From assembly GCF_009914755.1 (NCBI RefSeq), contig NC_060936.1: a stretch of 64,000 bases of DNA; one strand, given 5' to 3'. The notes beneath the pieces are model-generated. The model ran no database searches, was not told the DNA's origin, and was given only the letters and a program-made list of their open reading frames with translations. Made by a program: the position numbers and the translations under genes. How positions within the stretch are numbered: the stretch's first letter is position 1; the number at the start of each line of letters is the position of its first letter. This DNA is from the human T2T-CHM13v2.0 reference genome, Homo sapiens. Of this stretch, positions 45,909 through 64,000 are shown piece by piece.

Positions 45909-46925
45909 ATGGGGAAAAAACAGAACAGAAAAACTGGAAACTCTAAAAAGCAGAGCGCCTCTCCTCCTCCAAAAGAATGCAGTTCCTCACCAGCAACGGA
46001 ACAAAGCTGGATGGAGAATGACTTTGATGAGCTGAGAGAAGAAGGCTTCAGACGATCAAATTACTCTGAGCTATGGGAGGACATTCAAACCAAAGGCAAA
46101 GAAGTTGAAAACTTTGAAAAAAATTTAGAAGAATGTATAACTAGAATAACCAATACAGAGAAGTGCTTAAAGGAGCTGATGGAGCTGAAAACCAAGGCTC
46201 GAGAACTACGTGAAGAATGCAGAAGCCTCAGGAGCCGATGCGATCAACTGGAAGAAAGGGTATCAGCAATGGAAGATGAAATGAATGAAATGAAGCGAGA
46301 AGGGAAGTTTAGAGAAAAAAGAATAAAAAGAAATGAGCAAAGCCTCCAAGAAATATGGGACTATGTGAAAAGACCAAATCTACGTCTGATTGGTGTACCT
46401 GAAAGTGATGTGGAGAATGGAACCAAGTTGGAAAACACTCTGCAGGATATTATCCAGGAGAACTTCCCCAATCTAGCAAGGCAGGCCAACGTTCAGATTC
46501 AGGAAATACAGAGAACGCCACAAAGATACTCCTCGAGAAGAGCAACTCCAAGACACACAATTGTCAGATTCGCCAAAGTTGAAATGAAGGAAAAAATGTT
46601 AAGGGCAGCCAGAGAGAAAGGTCGGGTTACCCTCAAAGGGAAGCCCATCAGACTAACAGCAGATCTCTCGGCAGAAACCCTACAAGCCAGAAGAGAGTGG
46701 GGGCCAATATTCAACATTCTTAAAGAAAAGAATTTTCAACCCAGAATTTCATATCCAGCCAAACTAAGCTTCATAAGTGAAGGAGAAATAAAATACTTTA
46801 CAGACAAGCAAATGCTGAGAGATTCTGTCACCACCAGGCCTGCCCTAAAAGAGCTCCTGAAGGAAGTGCTAAACATGGAAACGAACAACCGGTACCAGCC
46901 GCTGCAAAATCATGCCAAAATGTAA
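45909..46925 (+). CDS. ORF1: L1 ORF1p, RNA-binding nucleic-acid chaperone, full length 338 aa
   Basis: MGKKQNRK...QNHAKM, uninterrupted. REKG, ARR and YPAKLS motifs present. Confidence 0.97.
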   Translation: MGKKQNRKTGNSKKQSASPPPKECSSSPATEQSWMENDFDELREEGFRRSNYSELWEDIQTKGKEVENFEKNLEECITRITNTEKCLKELMELKTKARELREECRSLRSRCDQLEERVSAMEDEMNEMKREGKFREKRIKRNEQSLQEIWDYVKRPNLRLIGVPESDVENGTKLENTLQDIIQENFPNLARQANVQIQEIQRTPQRYSSRRATPRHTIVRFAKVEMKEKMLRAAREKGRVTLKGKPIRLTADLSAETLQARREWGPIFNILKEKNFQPRISYPAKLSFISEGEIKYFTDKQMLRDSVTTRPALKELLKEVLNMETNNRYQPLQNHAKM

Positions 46926-46988
46926 AGACCATCGAGGCTAGGAAGAAACTGCATCAACTAACGAGCAAAATAACCAGCTAACATCATA

Positions 46989-50803
<3,815 letters not shown>

Positions 50804-51049
50804 ACAATGAGATCACATGGACACAGGAAGGGGAACATCACACTCTGGGGACTGTTGTGGGGTGTGGGGAGGGGGGAGGGATAGCATAGGGAGATATACC
50901 TAATGCTAGATGACAAGTTAGTGGGTGCAGTGCACCAGCATGGCGCATGTATACATATGTAACTAACCTGCACAATGTGCACATGTACCCTAAAACTTAA
51001 AGTATAATAATAAAAGAAAAAAAAACTTAAAAAATATATATATATATAC

Positions 51050-51176
51050 ACTGAATTCTGAAGACAGTTTGGACAAAAAAGCATGTAGTACATCCCATTA
51101 ATTCTTTTCAAATATTGATTATATGTTGATGTAATGCTTTAGAGACACAGGTTTAAATAAAATATATAATTAAAAT
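51050..51176. mobile_element. MER33-like hAT-Charlie fragment, apparently the target of the full-length L1
   Basis: gaattctgaagac...atattgattatatgttga...aaataaaatatataattaaaat. The left flank gtaaaacacatatatact continues it. Confidence 0.5.
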
Positions 51177-51199
51177 ACAAAAAAAAACACATATGTACA

Positions 51200-53110
<1,911 letters not shown>

Positions 53111-53216
53111 GTCTGTTTCCACTGTACGTACTCTTTTTAACAACATCTTAATATTTCTTAACATGAATGTTCCAGTATTTATTTAGTTTATTTACCAAAG
53201 ATGGACTTTTAGGTCC

Positions 53217-54915
53217 TGTGGCAAATACTATGCATTGATTTACTGCAGTCCATTTCAAGTAACTTAGAACATGCTTACTAAATGACAGAGGCTGAAAAGT
53301 TGCAGACTACTTTTCTCAGACTTCTCTACAGTTCAGGTTCCAAACAGGCTTAGCTTTAGATGAGCAGATATAATCGTATATTGGGCATGCAATCTGGTAC
53401 TTCTGCTGTTTCTGCTAATGAGCTTGGTTGCAGCAGTATTTGTCTTTTATGAAACAGAAATTACTGAGCCTGATACCTTGCTTCAGATACCTCTCATTTC
53501 ATGCCTAGCTTCAGAATAGTCTCATTTCTACAGACTCAGCATAAAGGTTGTTTCTAAAGCCCTTCCAATGAGGTAGCTAATTTCCTGAACTAAATTCTTT
53601 TCTGCTTAAACTAGCTAAGAGTAGTTTCTGTCATCTATAATCAAACACAGTGCAAAGGAATTTTGAAACAGAAATTGAGAGCTGCATGCAACAGAAGCCA
53701 TATATTTTCATTGGCTTAGCAATCAAGTGGAAGATGAAGAGGACTCACATGTTGCATTCTGAAACAATGATGAACTTTGTTATTTGATGATAAAAAACTA
53801 ATACAGTTGTTCCCTGTGGTGCCCTGGATGAAAGAGTAAGTGTCAACAATGACCGTAGCATTAGGGGAAATAGTAGAGACAATACGTAAGATTGAGGTGT
53901 GTTGATTGCCTTTTTCACTTTTAAACAAAATTCTACAATAATGTTCATGTAGATAGTCTAACACCAGCCAGTGAGAAGCTCTCTGCCTAGTTCTACAATC
54001 TTGGTTGACTGAGATTACAGTAGTGTGATTCCTTGAAGAGTTGAGAAGGCCAGTTGTTTTAACCCTAACACTGAAGCAGTTATTAGTAGGACTGTATATC
54101 AGTCATTACAGCAAGAGATAGCAGTAACAGAAGCCACAGCAGGAACCCAAAAGCTTACCATCAGAGAGGACTTTATCATCGCTAAGGCCCCAGTGACACT
54201 TCATGATTCTTATTTTCCTCTTTTCCAAATGAGAGCTTTTATTCTGTTTATCCTGTTCCAGCTGCACCGTGATAGGTTGGATATGTTTGGGGGCAGATTG
54301 TTTGCTTTTAATTTTAGCAACTGCCAGACCACAAGAGTACACATAATCTAGAGACACTGCAGTGATCTCTGTGTGGGACTTTGGAACTGTCTATTTTGCA
54401 AAAGGCATGACTGGGTTCTGTGTGTCAGAAGAAGGGTATGGCAGAATATTGGGGTAGGCAAATAGCTAGATTGTGGGAGGGACTATGAGTTGTCCCACAA
54501 AATCGATTTTTCCCACTTGCTCAGAAATAGACCTTCAAATGTTATTTGGGCACAGGGTCTTCAAGAATAACAACTAAATTCTATAATTTTCTTTGAATCT
54601 AGGTGTGGCCTTGTGTCTGTGGATAAGTGTTGACCAACGGAATGTAAGTAAAGTGAAGAACAATCAAATAAATGTTCTCAAAGGGAGAGGGCTTCTTTTC
54701 CCTTGTCTGCTAACTCAAATATGGATCAGCTGACTGAAGCTGGAGCAGTTGCACTGGACCACTTATTGAGGGTAGCAGAGCAAAAAGGAAGACAGATCTC
54801 TGAGAATCATGGAGTTTTCACACCAGGAACCTACATGAAGGAGAAATAAACTATCATGTTTATAAGCCACTGTTATTTTGGGTTTTTCTATAAATTATAG
54901 CTGAAACTACCCCTA
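53217..54915 (+). mobile_element. Ancient ERVL/MaLR remnants: LTR41/LTR33-like LTR (~53217-53650), internal-like sequence, MLT1J-like LTR (~54472-54915)
   Basis: gactacttttctcaga...taaattcttttctgcttaaactagct in the first LTR. ctaggtgtggcc...ggaatgtaag...aaataaac...taagccactgttattttggg in the second. Confidence 0.5.
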
Positions 54916-54919
54916 TCTT

Positions 54920-55960
54920 TATAGAGTTATTTTCCAAAATTTCAAATATTACCCAAAAAATGCTTCAACAAAAAATGACATCTTTAAAGAAATGTATTTG
55001 TGTACATGTTATAAGCATTATTTTTTGGATAGATTCCTAGGAGTGAAAGTCTTGAGTAAATGATGTGTTATTTTTATTTTGAAAGATACTTTCTACTTGC
55101 CTTGTAAAAATGCTTTATCAAGTTTCACAAAAAGAGTATGAGAGGAATTGTTTTCCTGTATCCTCTATACAGATTTTTACTGATTTTTAAATTTATTATA
55201 TTTGAATAGATAATCTTATGTACATATCTGTATTACGAGTAAGTCTAGGAATCCTTTTTTCACACATCTGTTTTGGCCAACTGTTTTCTTCTGTCTTTTG
55301 ACAAACTTTCTATAAATTCTTTAGTTTTTCTGGCTGATATGTTTACATATTCTGGATATTAATTATTTTTAGTTGTATGTTTGGCAAGTTTTTTTTCCAG
55401 ACTGCTGGTTATTGTGTAACTTACTTATGATGGCTTTAATTAAAGAAGTATTTATATTTCAGCATAAGTGCCAACATCTTCCTTCTGGATTTTGCTTCTT
55501 AGCTAGAAACCTCTAGAGGTCATAACATTATTTTTCTATATTTCTTCCAACATACTCTTTCAATTAAAAATTATTTCACTTTTTAATGCATCTGGAATAT
55601 ATTTATGCAAGATAGGAATTAGAGGTCTAATATTTAATTATTTTAAATGAATAACCAGTTTTCCCAGTGCCATATGTTTAATAATACTTCTACATTTCAC
55701 TGATTTGAAATGCAAGTTTAATTATAGTCAAATTTTTGAATAGGCAAAGATGTGTTTCTTCGTTTCTGTGTTTTATTAATCATCTGTTTCTATGCCAATG
55801 CCATCCTTTGTGAACTCCTACAATTTTGTAACACATTTAGATATCTAGATGGCAAATCTTCTTTTCCAAAAGCATTTGGATATTCTCATTCATATACACT
55901 TCCAAATGAACTTTGAAACAAATTTTTATCTGCCCAGCTGAAGGAAGATTTTTAAAATAT
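54920..55960 (-). mobile_element. Old L1ME-like fragment, antisense
   Basis: ggatagattcctaggagtg, catattctggatattaat, ccagttttcccagtgccat, ttccaaatgaactttg. Confidence 0.65.
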
Positions 55961-56278
55961 TGTAGCCATTCCATAATTTTTAGAAGTCAATAAGTGCTTT
56001 TAAAAATGTGGATGTTAACTATGATATTAATATTTGAATAAAAATATAGCTAGCCAATTGGAAAGTATTTTAGAATAAAGAAGTTATATAAATGCATATA
56101 TTATTGATACGTTTATGCAACCAAATGCCTATATCACCTACAGGTTATCAATCTATGAAAATAATTCCTCAAAATTTTTTAGTTTATTATTCCAAAGAAA
56201 AGCAAATCATCTTTCCCCCACAACTTGGCTGGATCCATATTTAGACAAAGAATTAACACAACCTCAATTCTCTTTTCT

Positions 56279-56633
<355 letters not shown>

Positions 56634-57071
56634 TGAGATTAGCAAATATCAATGTTCTCAGTTACCTTTAGATTGATGAGAAACTGGAAGAAACTGAAAT
56701 TTCTGGGCTTTTTTCTAACTTTTTTCAGTGAATATATTGGCATTGTAAAACAATAAGCTACTGGTACTGTAATCTAATAGTTATTATGTGGACAGAAAAC
56801 CTGTGACCTTAAATTCATGTTGTACTAATAAGAGAAGTGTGTAGAACTGTTAGTAAAATTTGTGAGAAAGGCAGACTCTGATTATTCTTTGGCTACCATT
56901 GCGTTTTTTATAGCTACATGACATCACTGTTTAGCCAGCTCCCATTTCATAGGTTCTGTCTTTCACATTACTTGGTTTTTATTTCCTCAAAGTTGAGCTA
57001 CTAAGGCTCAGGATAGTTGAAATCAGAAATATATCTAAACTTTGCCACATGCTAGAGTAGAAAAAATTCAC

Positions 57072-57183
57072 CTCTTATGACATTCAAGACTGAAAAGTTG
57101 AGCACAGACCAGCAATTCAACCAAATTCTTCCCTCCGGGTGATTCTTCCTTCGGATCCTTGGTGTGATCTCCGGCTCGCAGAT
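57072..57183 (-). other. Candidate internal exon B (112 nt)
   Basis: Acceptor ttgatttccttctaactaag|ATC, donor GAG|gtgaat. Four CpGs in ~45 nt against a CpG-poor background. Two of three frames open. Confidence 0.4.
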
Positions 57184-57506
57184 CTTAGTTAGAAGGAAAT
57201 CAATGCAACCATAACAGCATTCCCATGAGGATAGACCTCACTTAATCCAAAACAGCTCTAAGAGTTCAATGTTATTGTTACTCTTATTTTATAGATAAGA
57301 AGATAAAGCACAGAGAGATTGAGTAATTTGACCAACATCACACAGTGAGCAGATGGAAAGGAGGAATAGACAGCGTGACATAAAGATGGGAAGGGATAGG
57401 AAGACACAGTGTGCCTCGGGGTCTGCACTCCTAACCACCACTTTTGTATTGCTTCCCAAAGGGACCGGGGAAAGAGACTTTTGAAGAGTATTTCACATGG
57501 ACATAG

Positions 57507-57853
<347 letters not shown>

Positions 57854-59515
57854 CCAAGCTGTATTTCTCTTTAGGAAGATGACCATCTCACTGACTCCAT
57901 CCAGTAAGGGTACTATAGGAACTAACTATAATATTTCAGAAGTGACTGTTGTAAAGCATGTATTTGTGAAAATTATAATATCTTATAAATCTTAAAATTG
58001 TATGTAAGTATTTATACTAAGCCTTCTTCCTGGATGTCTACATTTTGAAAGAGCATTTACTCTTCGTTTGCCTTTGGGTTTGTCAGTGAGTGCTAATCTG
58101 AACCCATAAAGTTTGTCCAGTGGAAACAAATGCAACTGCTTCCTCTTTTGCCAATGAATCTGTGACTTGATATACATATAGCTTTAGGCCACGCCTAAAA
58201 AGCAGCAGTAGCAGATTATTTCAAAAAGATGCAGACAGGTTTATATGGGTACATAGGATAGCCATGTAGTTTCAATCACTTTACTTTTATGGCCTAAAAT
58301 TTTAATATGATTTTATAAAAAACTATTATACAGAAATTCTTGCCAATAGATCCAACAAAAAGACTTGAGCAGTGAGTCCAGCTAAGTCACTGCTTTACTT
58401 CACTTTACTTAATTAGAAAACACGCAGACAGTTGGTTTGGGGTGAAGAGTTGTTTTCAGTTAGAAAAAAAAAACTCATTAGTATGCTCATCTCATGTAAA
58501 TCCTCTAAAGACCAGATTGAGAACATGTTTTCTCTTATCAGGATCATGATATCCTTTTCCTAAACGAAGCATTTGTACCACAGTGAAAATTCCCCACTTT
58601 CCCTTATACCTATGGGAAAGAACTTCTAAATAATGCATTTGTTTTGGCTCAAAGACAACATCGTGGGTAATCTGAATCTCTCAGTTTCACAGTTCTCTGT
58701 GGATTAGCTCTGTTTCCTCAGCAAATTTTCCTTTATCACAATGGAAATTTGGGCAAAAATGTGTTTATATTTTCCACCACTAAAATAATCTTATCTGAAG
58801 GGCCCACTCTGTGGTATTCAGGGTACTTCACTTGTATTTTAGCACTAACAGTTTAGGCCAGAACATGAATCGGGCTATAATATTTGGGCTGTTTCAGAGC
58901 TCATTCTAGGGCAGTCTGTTCAAATCAAGACCACACTATGATTGGATCTTTTACAAAGTTCATAAAACGCTATCTTGGGGCAATATTTTAGTGTGGTTAA
59001 ATACCAGCAACCATCTTCCTTACCCCAGCTAGTGATCTCCAAGGAGCTATGTGATCCATTTTTGTGGTCCAGTAGCAAAAACCACCACTGACAGAAATAT
59101 TTCGTATTTTGCATGTACATGAGTTATGCCCTCTCTTCTCTCTTTCTCAAACGATTTTTCCTTTTTTTTTCCCCCTGGTCTTTTACTTCACTCTATTTCT
59201 TTCTGCCAGAATCAACATCCAACATTCTTTTAATATTTAAGTGTTCAATAATAGATCCCTGAAAGGAAATAACATTCGATATGTTATTAAAACCCTTTTT
59301 AAATTCTGATGATACACCACTAATTCAATATTCTATGTGCCAGGCTGTGAGCAAAAGTTTTTTTTTTTTTAAGTGCCTTAAAAAGAAAGTAAATGACATA
59401 GTAGGGACACCAGAGAAAAAGAAAAGTTAAAGAATATTTTAAACATTATATGCAAATGTGGAATTTTAGAGAATTCTAGAATTTATAGGAATGAAAAGAG
59501 CAAAAACAACTATTA

Positions 59516-59660
59516 TTGCTTGAGCCCAGGAGGCAGAGGTTGCAGTAAGCTGAGATTACACCACTCAAAGCCAACCTGGGCAACAGAGCAAGACCCTGTA
59601 TCAACCACACAAACGAAACAAAACAACAATGGCAACAACAGTAACTACAAAACCCCCAAA
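59516..59660 (+). mobile_element. 5'-truncated Alu right-arm fragment with degenerate (CAA)-rich tail
   Basis: ttgcttgagcccaggaggcagaggttgcagtaagctgagat...gcaagaccctgtatc. Confidence 0.85.
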
Positions 59661-60019
59661 GCAATTATTAAATACCTTCTATGTGTCAGGTACAAAATTA
59701 TATATTCCTTATAAACATGTATATGAGAAGCAGCTCATGTATCTTAAATAAAACAAATTTCAATAATGACAACTCATTTATAAACATAAGCTAATTAAAG
59801 AACTACTAATTTTATGGTACTTCATTAGTGATAATGAAATACCACTTCCAGTATTAGTAAAGCCTCTCCTGTCACCATAATAAAGATGTCATGGAATGTA
59901 ACACTTTCGATTAAATGTTAAGCCTACCGTTCCTTGTGAACACCTGAGTGAGGCAATTGATGATCACAGTGTCTATGCCAAGGTATTTATAGTAAATTAC
60001 AGACATACTAGACCACTCT

Positions 60020-61215
60020 GGGTTTTTCTTGCCATTTCATTGGTCACTGTTTCTTCATTAACTTTGTTGGTAGGTCTGGATTCAACTGTAGATGTTAAGC
60101 TGCCTAGGGCTGAAGCCTAACAGCCTCTTTTCTCTTGAAATGACCTTATGTACCACTCATATGCTCATGAGCCTCAAAATGTCTATCTCTAGCCATTACT
60201 TCTCCCCTAAGCCCCTTGAGTCTCATATTTAACCACCTGGTTGACATCTCCACCTGGATAAATAATTAGCCGCTCCCAACTTCTCACAGATGAGACTAAT
60301 TTCTTGATTCCCATACCCACAGGAAAAAAAAGAAAACCCATTCCATTCTGAGTCTTCTTTGTCTCAATAAATGGTACCACTTTTTATCTAGTTTCCCAAC
60401 CCCAAAACTGGAGTGAGCCTTGGCTCTTTCCTTCCTCTTATCCCTCACATCTCATCCAGGAATTCTAGACTATTTTACTTCCCAAACACCTATCATGGTC
60501 CTGGCCCAAAGCAGCATCATTTCTTTCATGGATTACTGCAACAGCTTCCAAGTTGTTTTCCCTGCTTCCTGCATCCCAACTATCTATTATTCACATAGCA
60601 GCCAGCGGTCATTGTAAAATTCAAGTCATATCATAGCGTTTTCTTCCTGAGAGCCTGTTAATGGCTTATCATTGCATGTTTATGAAAATTCGAATGCTTC
60701 CTATGTCTTCCATCGCCTGGATGCCTACTTCTCCATCCTCTTTGTGTACTACCTACTCCTTCACTCCCCCATTTGCTCATTACACTTCAACTTCTCCAGC
60801 CTCCTTTCTGTCCTTGGAATAGCCAGGTCCTTTACCAATTCATGAACCTGGTACTTGTGGTTACCACTGTGTGGTGAGTTCTTCACACAGCTCCCCATGT
60901 GGCAGATGCCTACTCACCCTTAGGTTTCATCTCAAATCCTCAGAAAGACTTTCTATGAAAATGAAGCTCAGTTTACCTTTCTCTACCCCTCTTTGCTCAC
61001 CCCCATCACATCAGTCTATTGATTTCCTCCATAACACTCCCCAGAATCTGTAATTCTTTCTCCAGTCACTCATTTGCATGCTTTTTGTCATCTCCCCAAG
61101 AGAATGCAAGAGGAAAGACCTCACCTGCCGTCATGACAATATTCCCAGTGGCGAACTTGATGCCTGATACATGTATGTAGATGCTCAGAAAGTATTTGCT
61201 AGATAAATAAATAAA
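60020..61215 (+). mobile_element. L2 LINE remnant
   Basis: ttgacatctccacctggat, ctcaataaatggtacc, catggattactgcaacagcttcc, tail atgctcagaaagtatttg. Confidence 0.7.
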
Positions 61216-61879
61216 ACAGAGGAATTATGGAAAGTAAGAAGTGAATAATCAGAAATAATAGAACACAAAGGGGCTTTAGAGACTGTTTGATCAAACCCAC
61301 TTACCTTCCCAATAAGACAAACCAGAGAGGTTATTTCTTAAAACTGAGAGAGTGAATGGCTGGAATGGGTTCCTGACATTGAGTGCAGTGCTTTCCACTA
61401 AATAAGTGGATCAAAAACTTGCTCCTCGGTCAGCTTTTCACTGGATTGTGCTGAAATGAAGAAAATAAGAGCAATATTACATGCAGTTATATACCTCCAA
61501 CTATCCTTTTTCAGAAAGAACAAGGTTAGCTCACGTCCTTCCCCCCTTTTGTGTTTAATATCTTTTCTTTATAAAACAATACTGACAGCAGATAACATTT
61601 TTTTAAAATTATCTTTTGACAAAGTAAAAACTTTGAGATCTCTCTTGAGTTCTTTTGTTTTGTGTTTTTGATTATTTCATTTTGTTTTTCATTTTAAAGA
61701 GGCTGAATTTTAAAATTCTGATAACAAAGTATCCCTGAACAATCAAGTCATTGTAAGTGATTTATCTTACAGATCCCCCCTCACTCTCTTCCAATCCTAC
61801 TCTACTCAGACAAGCAGTAAGAGCAGCCTGTTGTATCCTTCAATATGTAAATGTGGTCATTTCTTATGTAAATGTGGTC

Positions 61880-61918
61880 ATGTGCGCACGCACGCACACA
61901 CACACACACACACACACA
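61880..61918. repeat. (CGCA)n/(CA)n microsatellite
   Basis: tgtgcgcacgcacgcacacacacacacacacacacaca. Confidence 0.95.
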
Positions 61919-61919
61919 G

Positions 61920-62360
61920 AGTTTTGACTTCAATGTAATGCAAAAGGATCATGTCATACACATTACCCTACAATTTGCTTTTATTTTTACCTAATAAAGT
62001 AGGTAATATGCATTGTAGGTTATATGCATTGTAACTCTAGAACAGTGCATGTAGTTGTAACTCACTTTTAATTTTACATAATATTGCATAGTATGGATAT
62101 ACCAAAATATATTCAACCATTTTCCTGCTGATAAATTCTCTCAATTTTCCAGGTTTTTAAAATCCACTACAAACAATGCTCTCATGACATCTCTATATTT
62201 ATGTCTATAGATTAAAAAGATCAAAATCTCTCTTCCATCTTTTTCTACATTTACATCTTTTCTTCGATATTAGGGTTTCTACCTCTTTAGGATACATTTT
62301 TAATAGTAGAATTGCTAGATTGGGGGAATCTATATATTTTTAAAATTTTAGTATATACTC
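61920..62360 (-). mobile_element. Old L1ME-like 3' fragment, antisense
   Basis: gcatagtatggatatacca...tattcaaccatt...tacaaacaatgct...tagaattgctag. Confidence 0.6.
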
Positions 62361-63051
62361 ATAATATTTAACCAGCATGGCCTGTCATTGTTCTGTATTC
62401 TCAAACATAGTTTTTGTTTTTTGAAACATCCTGCTATAGTAGTTTTGGCCTTGTCTGTCAACACATTTTAATCACCTCTGGAACACGACTACTAAGTATG
62501 TTAGCTGTCTCTCATTCTGCTATTTGCCACTCTGGAGACAGTTTAGTAGTCTGAAAATCCAAGAGACAAATGTATTTTCATATGAAATGAAAATTTGTAT
62601 ACAAGAAAATGCCCTCACTTTCTGCTCCTTATCTGGCTTCTACTACAGCATTTCCAACCACTTGCCCTACACCATACCCGTATCACTGATAGCTTTCTTT
62701 GTCTCGAGTCCATAAGGATATTCTTATACACTAGGACCAAGAATTCTGGTGATATTTAACAGGGTATGTCCCCATTCTTTCTCTGTAAAGAAGTTAAATA
62801 TTTTCTGTTATTTTTTCTTTTAAAAAATTAATATAGTGTCTGATCATTAGTTACAATGTTCTTCTTTTAGGTAGTTCCCTGAAGATAGAGCAGAAACTTT
62901 CATTTTTTGGAAAATCTTATCTGCATTGGCCACCTCTTCCCATCTGACTACTCTGCTATCCAGGGTGTGAGAGTGTTCTATAATATCTTAATAAGCTCAT
63001 TCTCTTGACCATCACTGTAATCCCCCAAATCACCCATGATTAAGTTCATAC

Positions 63052-63174
63052 CCTGTAGAGAAATCCACCGAACAGTTGATGGCCATTCTCTAAAAATGCA
63101 ATTGACTCCAACTCTGGAGTGTAGTGCTTTAATGCTGGTATATGTTGCAAAAGCATGCAAAATGGTGAAATCAC
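63052..63174 (-). other. Candidate internal exon A (123 nt)
   Basis: Acceptor ctactttatttcag|GTG, donor AGG|gtatga. Length is a multiple of 3. Two of three frames open (part of ORF 62978..63160). Confidence 0.4.
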
Positions 63175-64000
63175 CTGAAATAAAGTAGCTGTGAATTGCT
63201 ATATCAATTTTACATTATGATTTTGCTTATTAAAAATATATATAAAACCAGCCAAAGTCCTCACCTGCCAGATTACTGTCAAGTCCAGTATCTTCACTCT
63301 CCATGGTCCAAGAAGGAACATGGAGGTTGGTAAGTCTGACCTCCATATTCTAGGAAGAGAAAATTGATACTGCCTTTGGTTCTAACTGCTTTATGATCTC
63401 AGAGGAAATGCCAATGTCCAGTGGATCTGGAGCCCTTCACAGCAGCATAGATTTTTCTCCCAAGCCAACCTTAGCATAGGGCCCTTAATGGCCCTTCAGG
63501 TTGGAGCTTTTAACTGGTAACTTTTTCAGGCCAATCCTTTAAAATGCCAGCTGGCCAGAGAGTGTCAGGATTAATTCAGGTGCCCATTTACAAACTGAGA
63601 TCATTGTGCACTTTCCTGCACAAAGGTGTCTATCCTGGAAACATAAAGGAGTCATCACACACTTTTTTTTTGGAACACTGCTATAGGGTAACCTGGGATA
63701 CCATATTGCAATACCAACCTACCTAGGATTGCAGTTCTGATTGCCCCAGGGAGCCGTATAATTTCTTATGCCCTATGCATGTGCAGGCATGCACACACAC
63801 ACAAATCAAAGGTAGAAACAGCCACAAAAGGAATGATTTAAGGTAGCCTACTCTGCTAAAGACAGCAAGGTAACTTTCTGGTTATAGAAAGGAAAAAGAA
63901 AAAAAAAACCAATTTAAATCTCCAGTGAAGTACTTTGCAACAAAACAAATAAATTAAAAAATAAATGTGCTCTCTAAAATATTCAAAGTGTGTGAAGTCT

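Noticed and set aside
58183-58199. Hairpin tttaggc-cac-gcctaaa next to an A-run, terminator-like
   Set aside because: 7-bp stems are expected by chance in 64 kb, and intrinsic terminators are not relevant in this genome.

Overview
AT-rich primate (very likely human/hominoid) nuclear DNA, well over half of it transposable elements. It contains about 14 Alu or Alu-monomer copies, one full-length young LINE-1 (L1PA2/L1PA3-type, 45005-51034), two 5'-truncated L1PA copies, several old L1M elements, a complete two-LTR THE1D/MSTA-type MaLR provirus, a truncated MER4 provirus, solo LTRs, DNA-transposon fossils and L2/MIR remnants. The young L1 has an intact ORF1 and ORF0 but a disrupted ORF2. I do not recognise any host protein-coding gene, RNA gene, CRISPR array or prokaryotic system. 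Two signals are not explained by the repeats. (1) Three unique-sequence, splice-signal-bounded minus-strand segments (63174-63052, 57183-57072, 658-470) join into one stop-free reading frame, and the L1 ORF0 second splice donor is in the same phase as the last of them. (2) Local fold-back (inverted, templated) duplications recur inside old repeats (16.5/16.9 kb, 23.4/24.1 kb, 34.7 kb, 40.6 kb). Subfamily names come from recalled consensus sequences and need RepeatMasker/Dfam confirmation. Boundaries of old elements are approximate, and all exon calls are predictions without transcript evidence.
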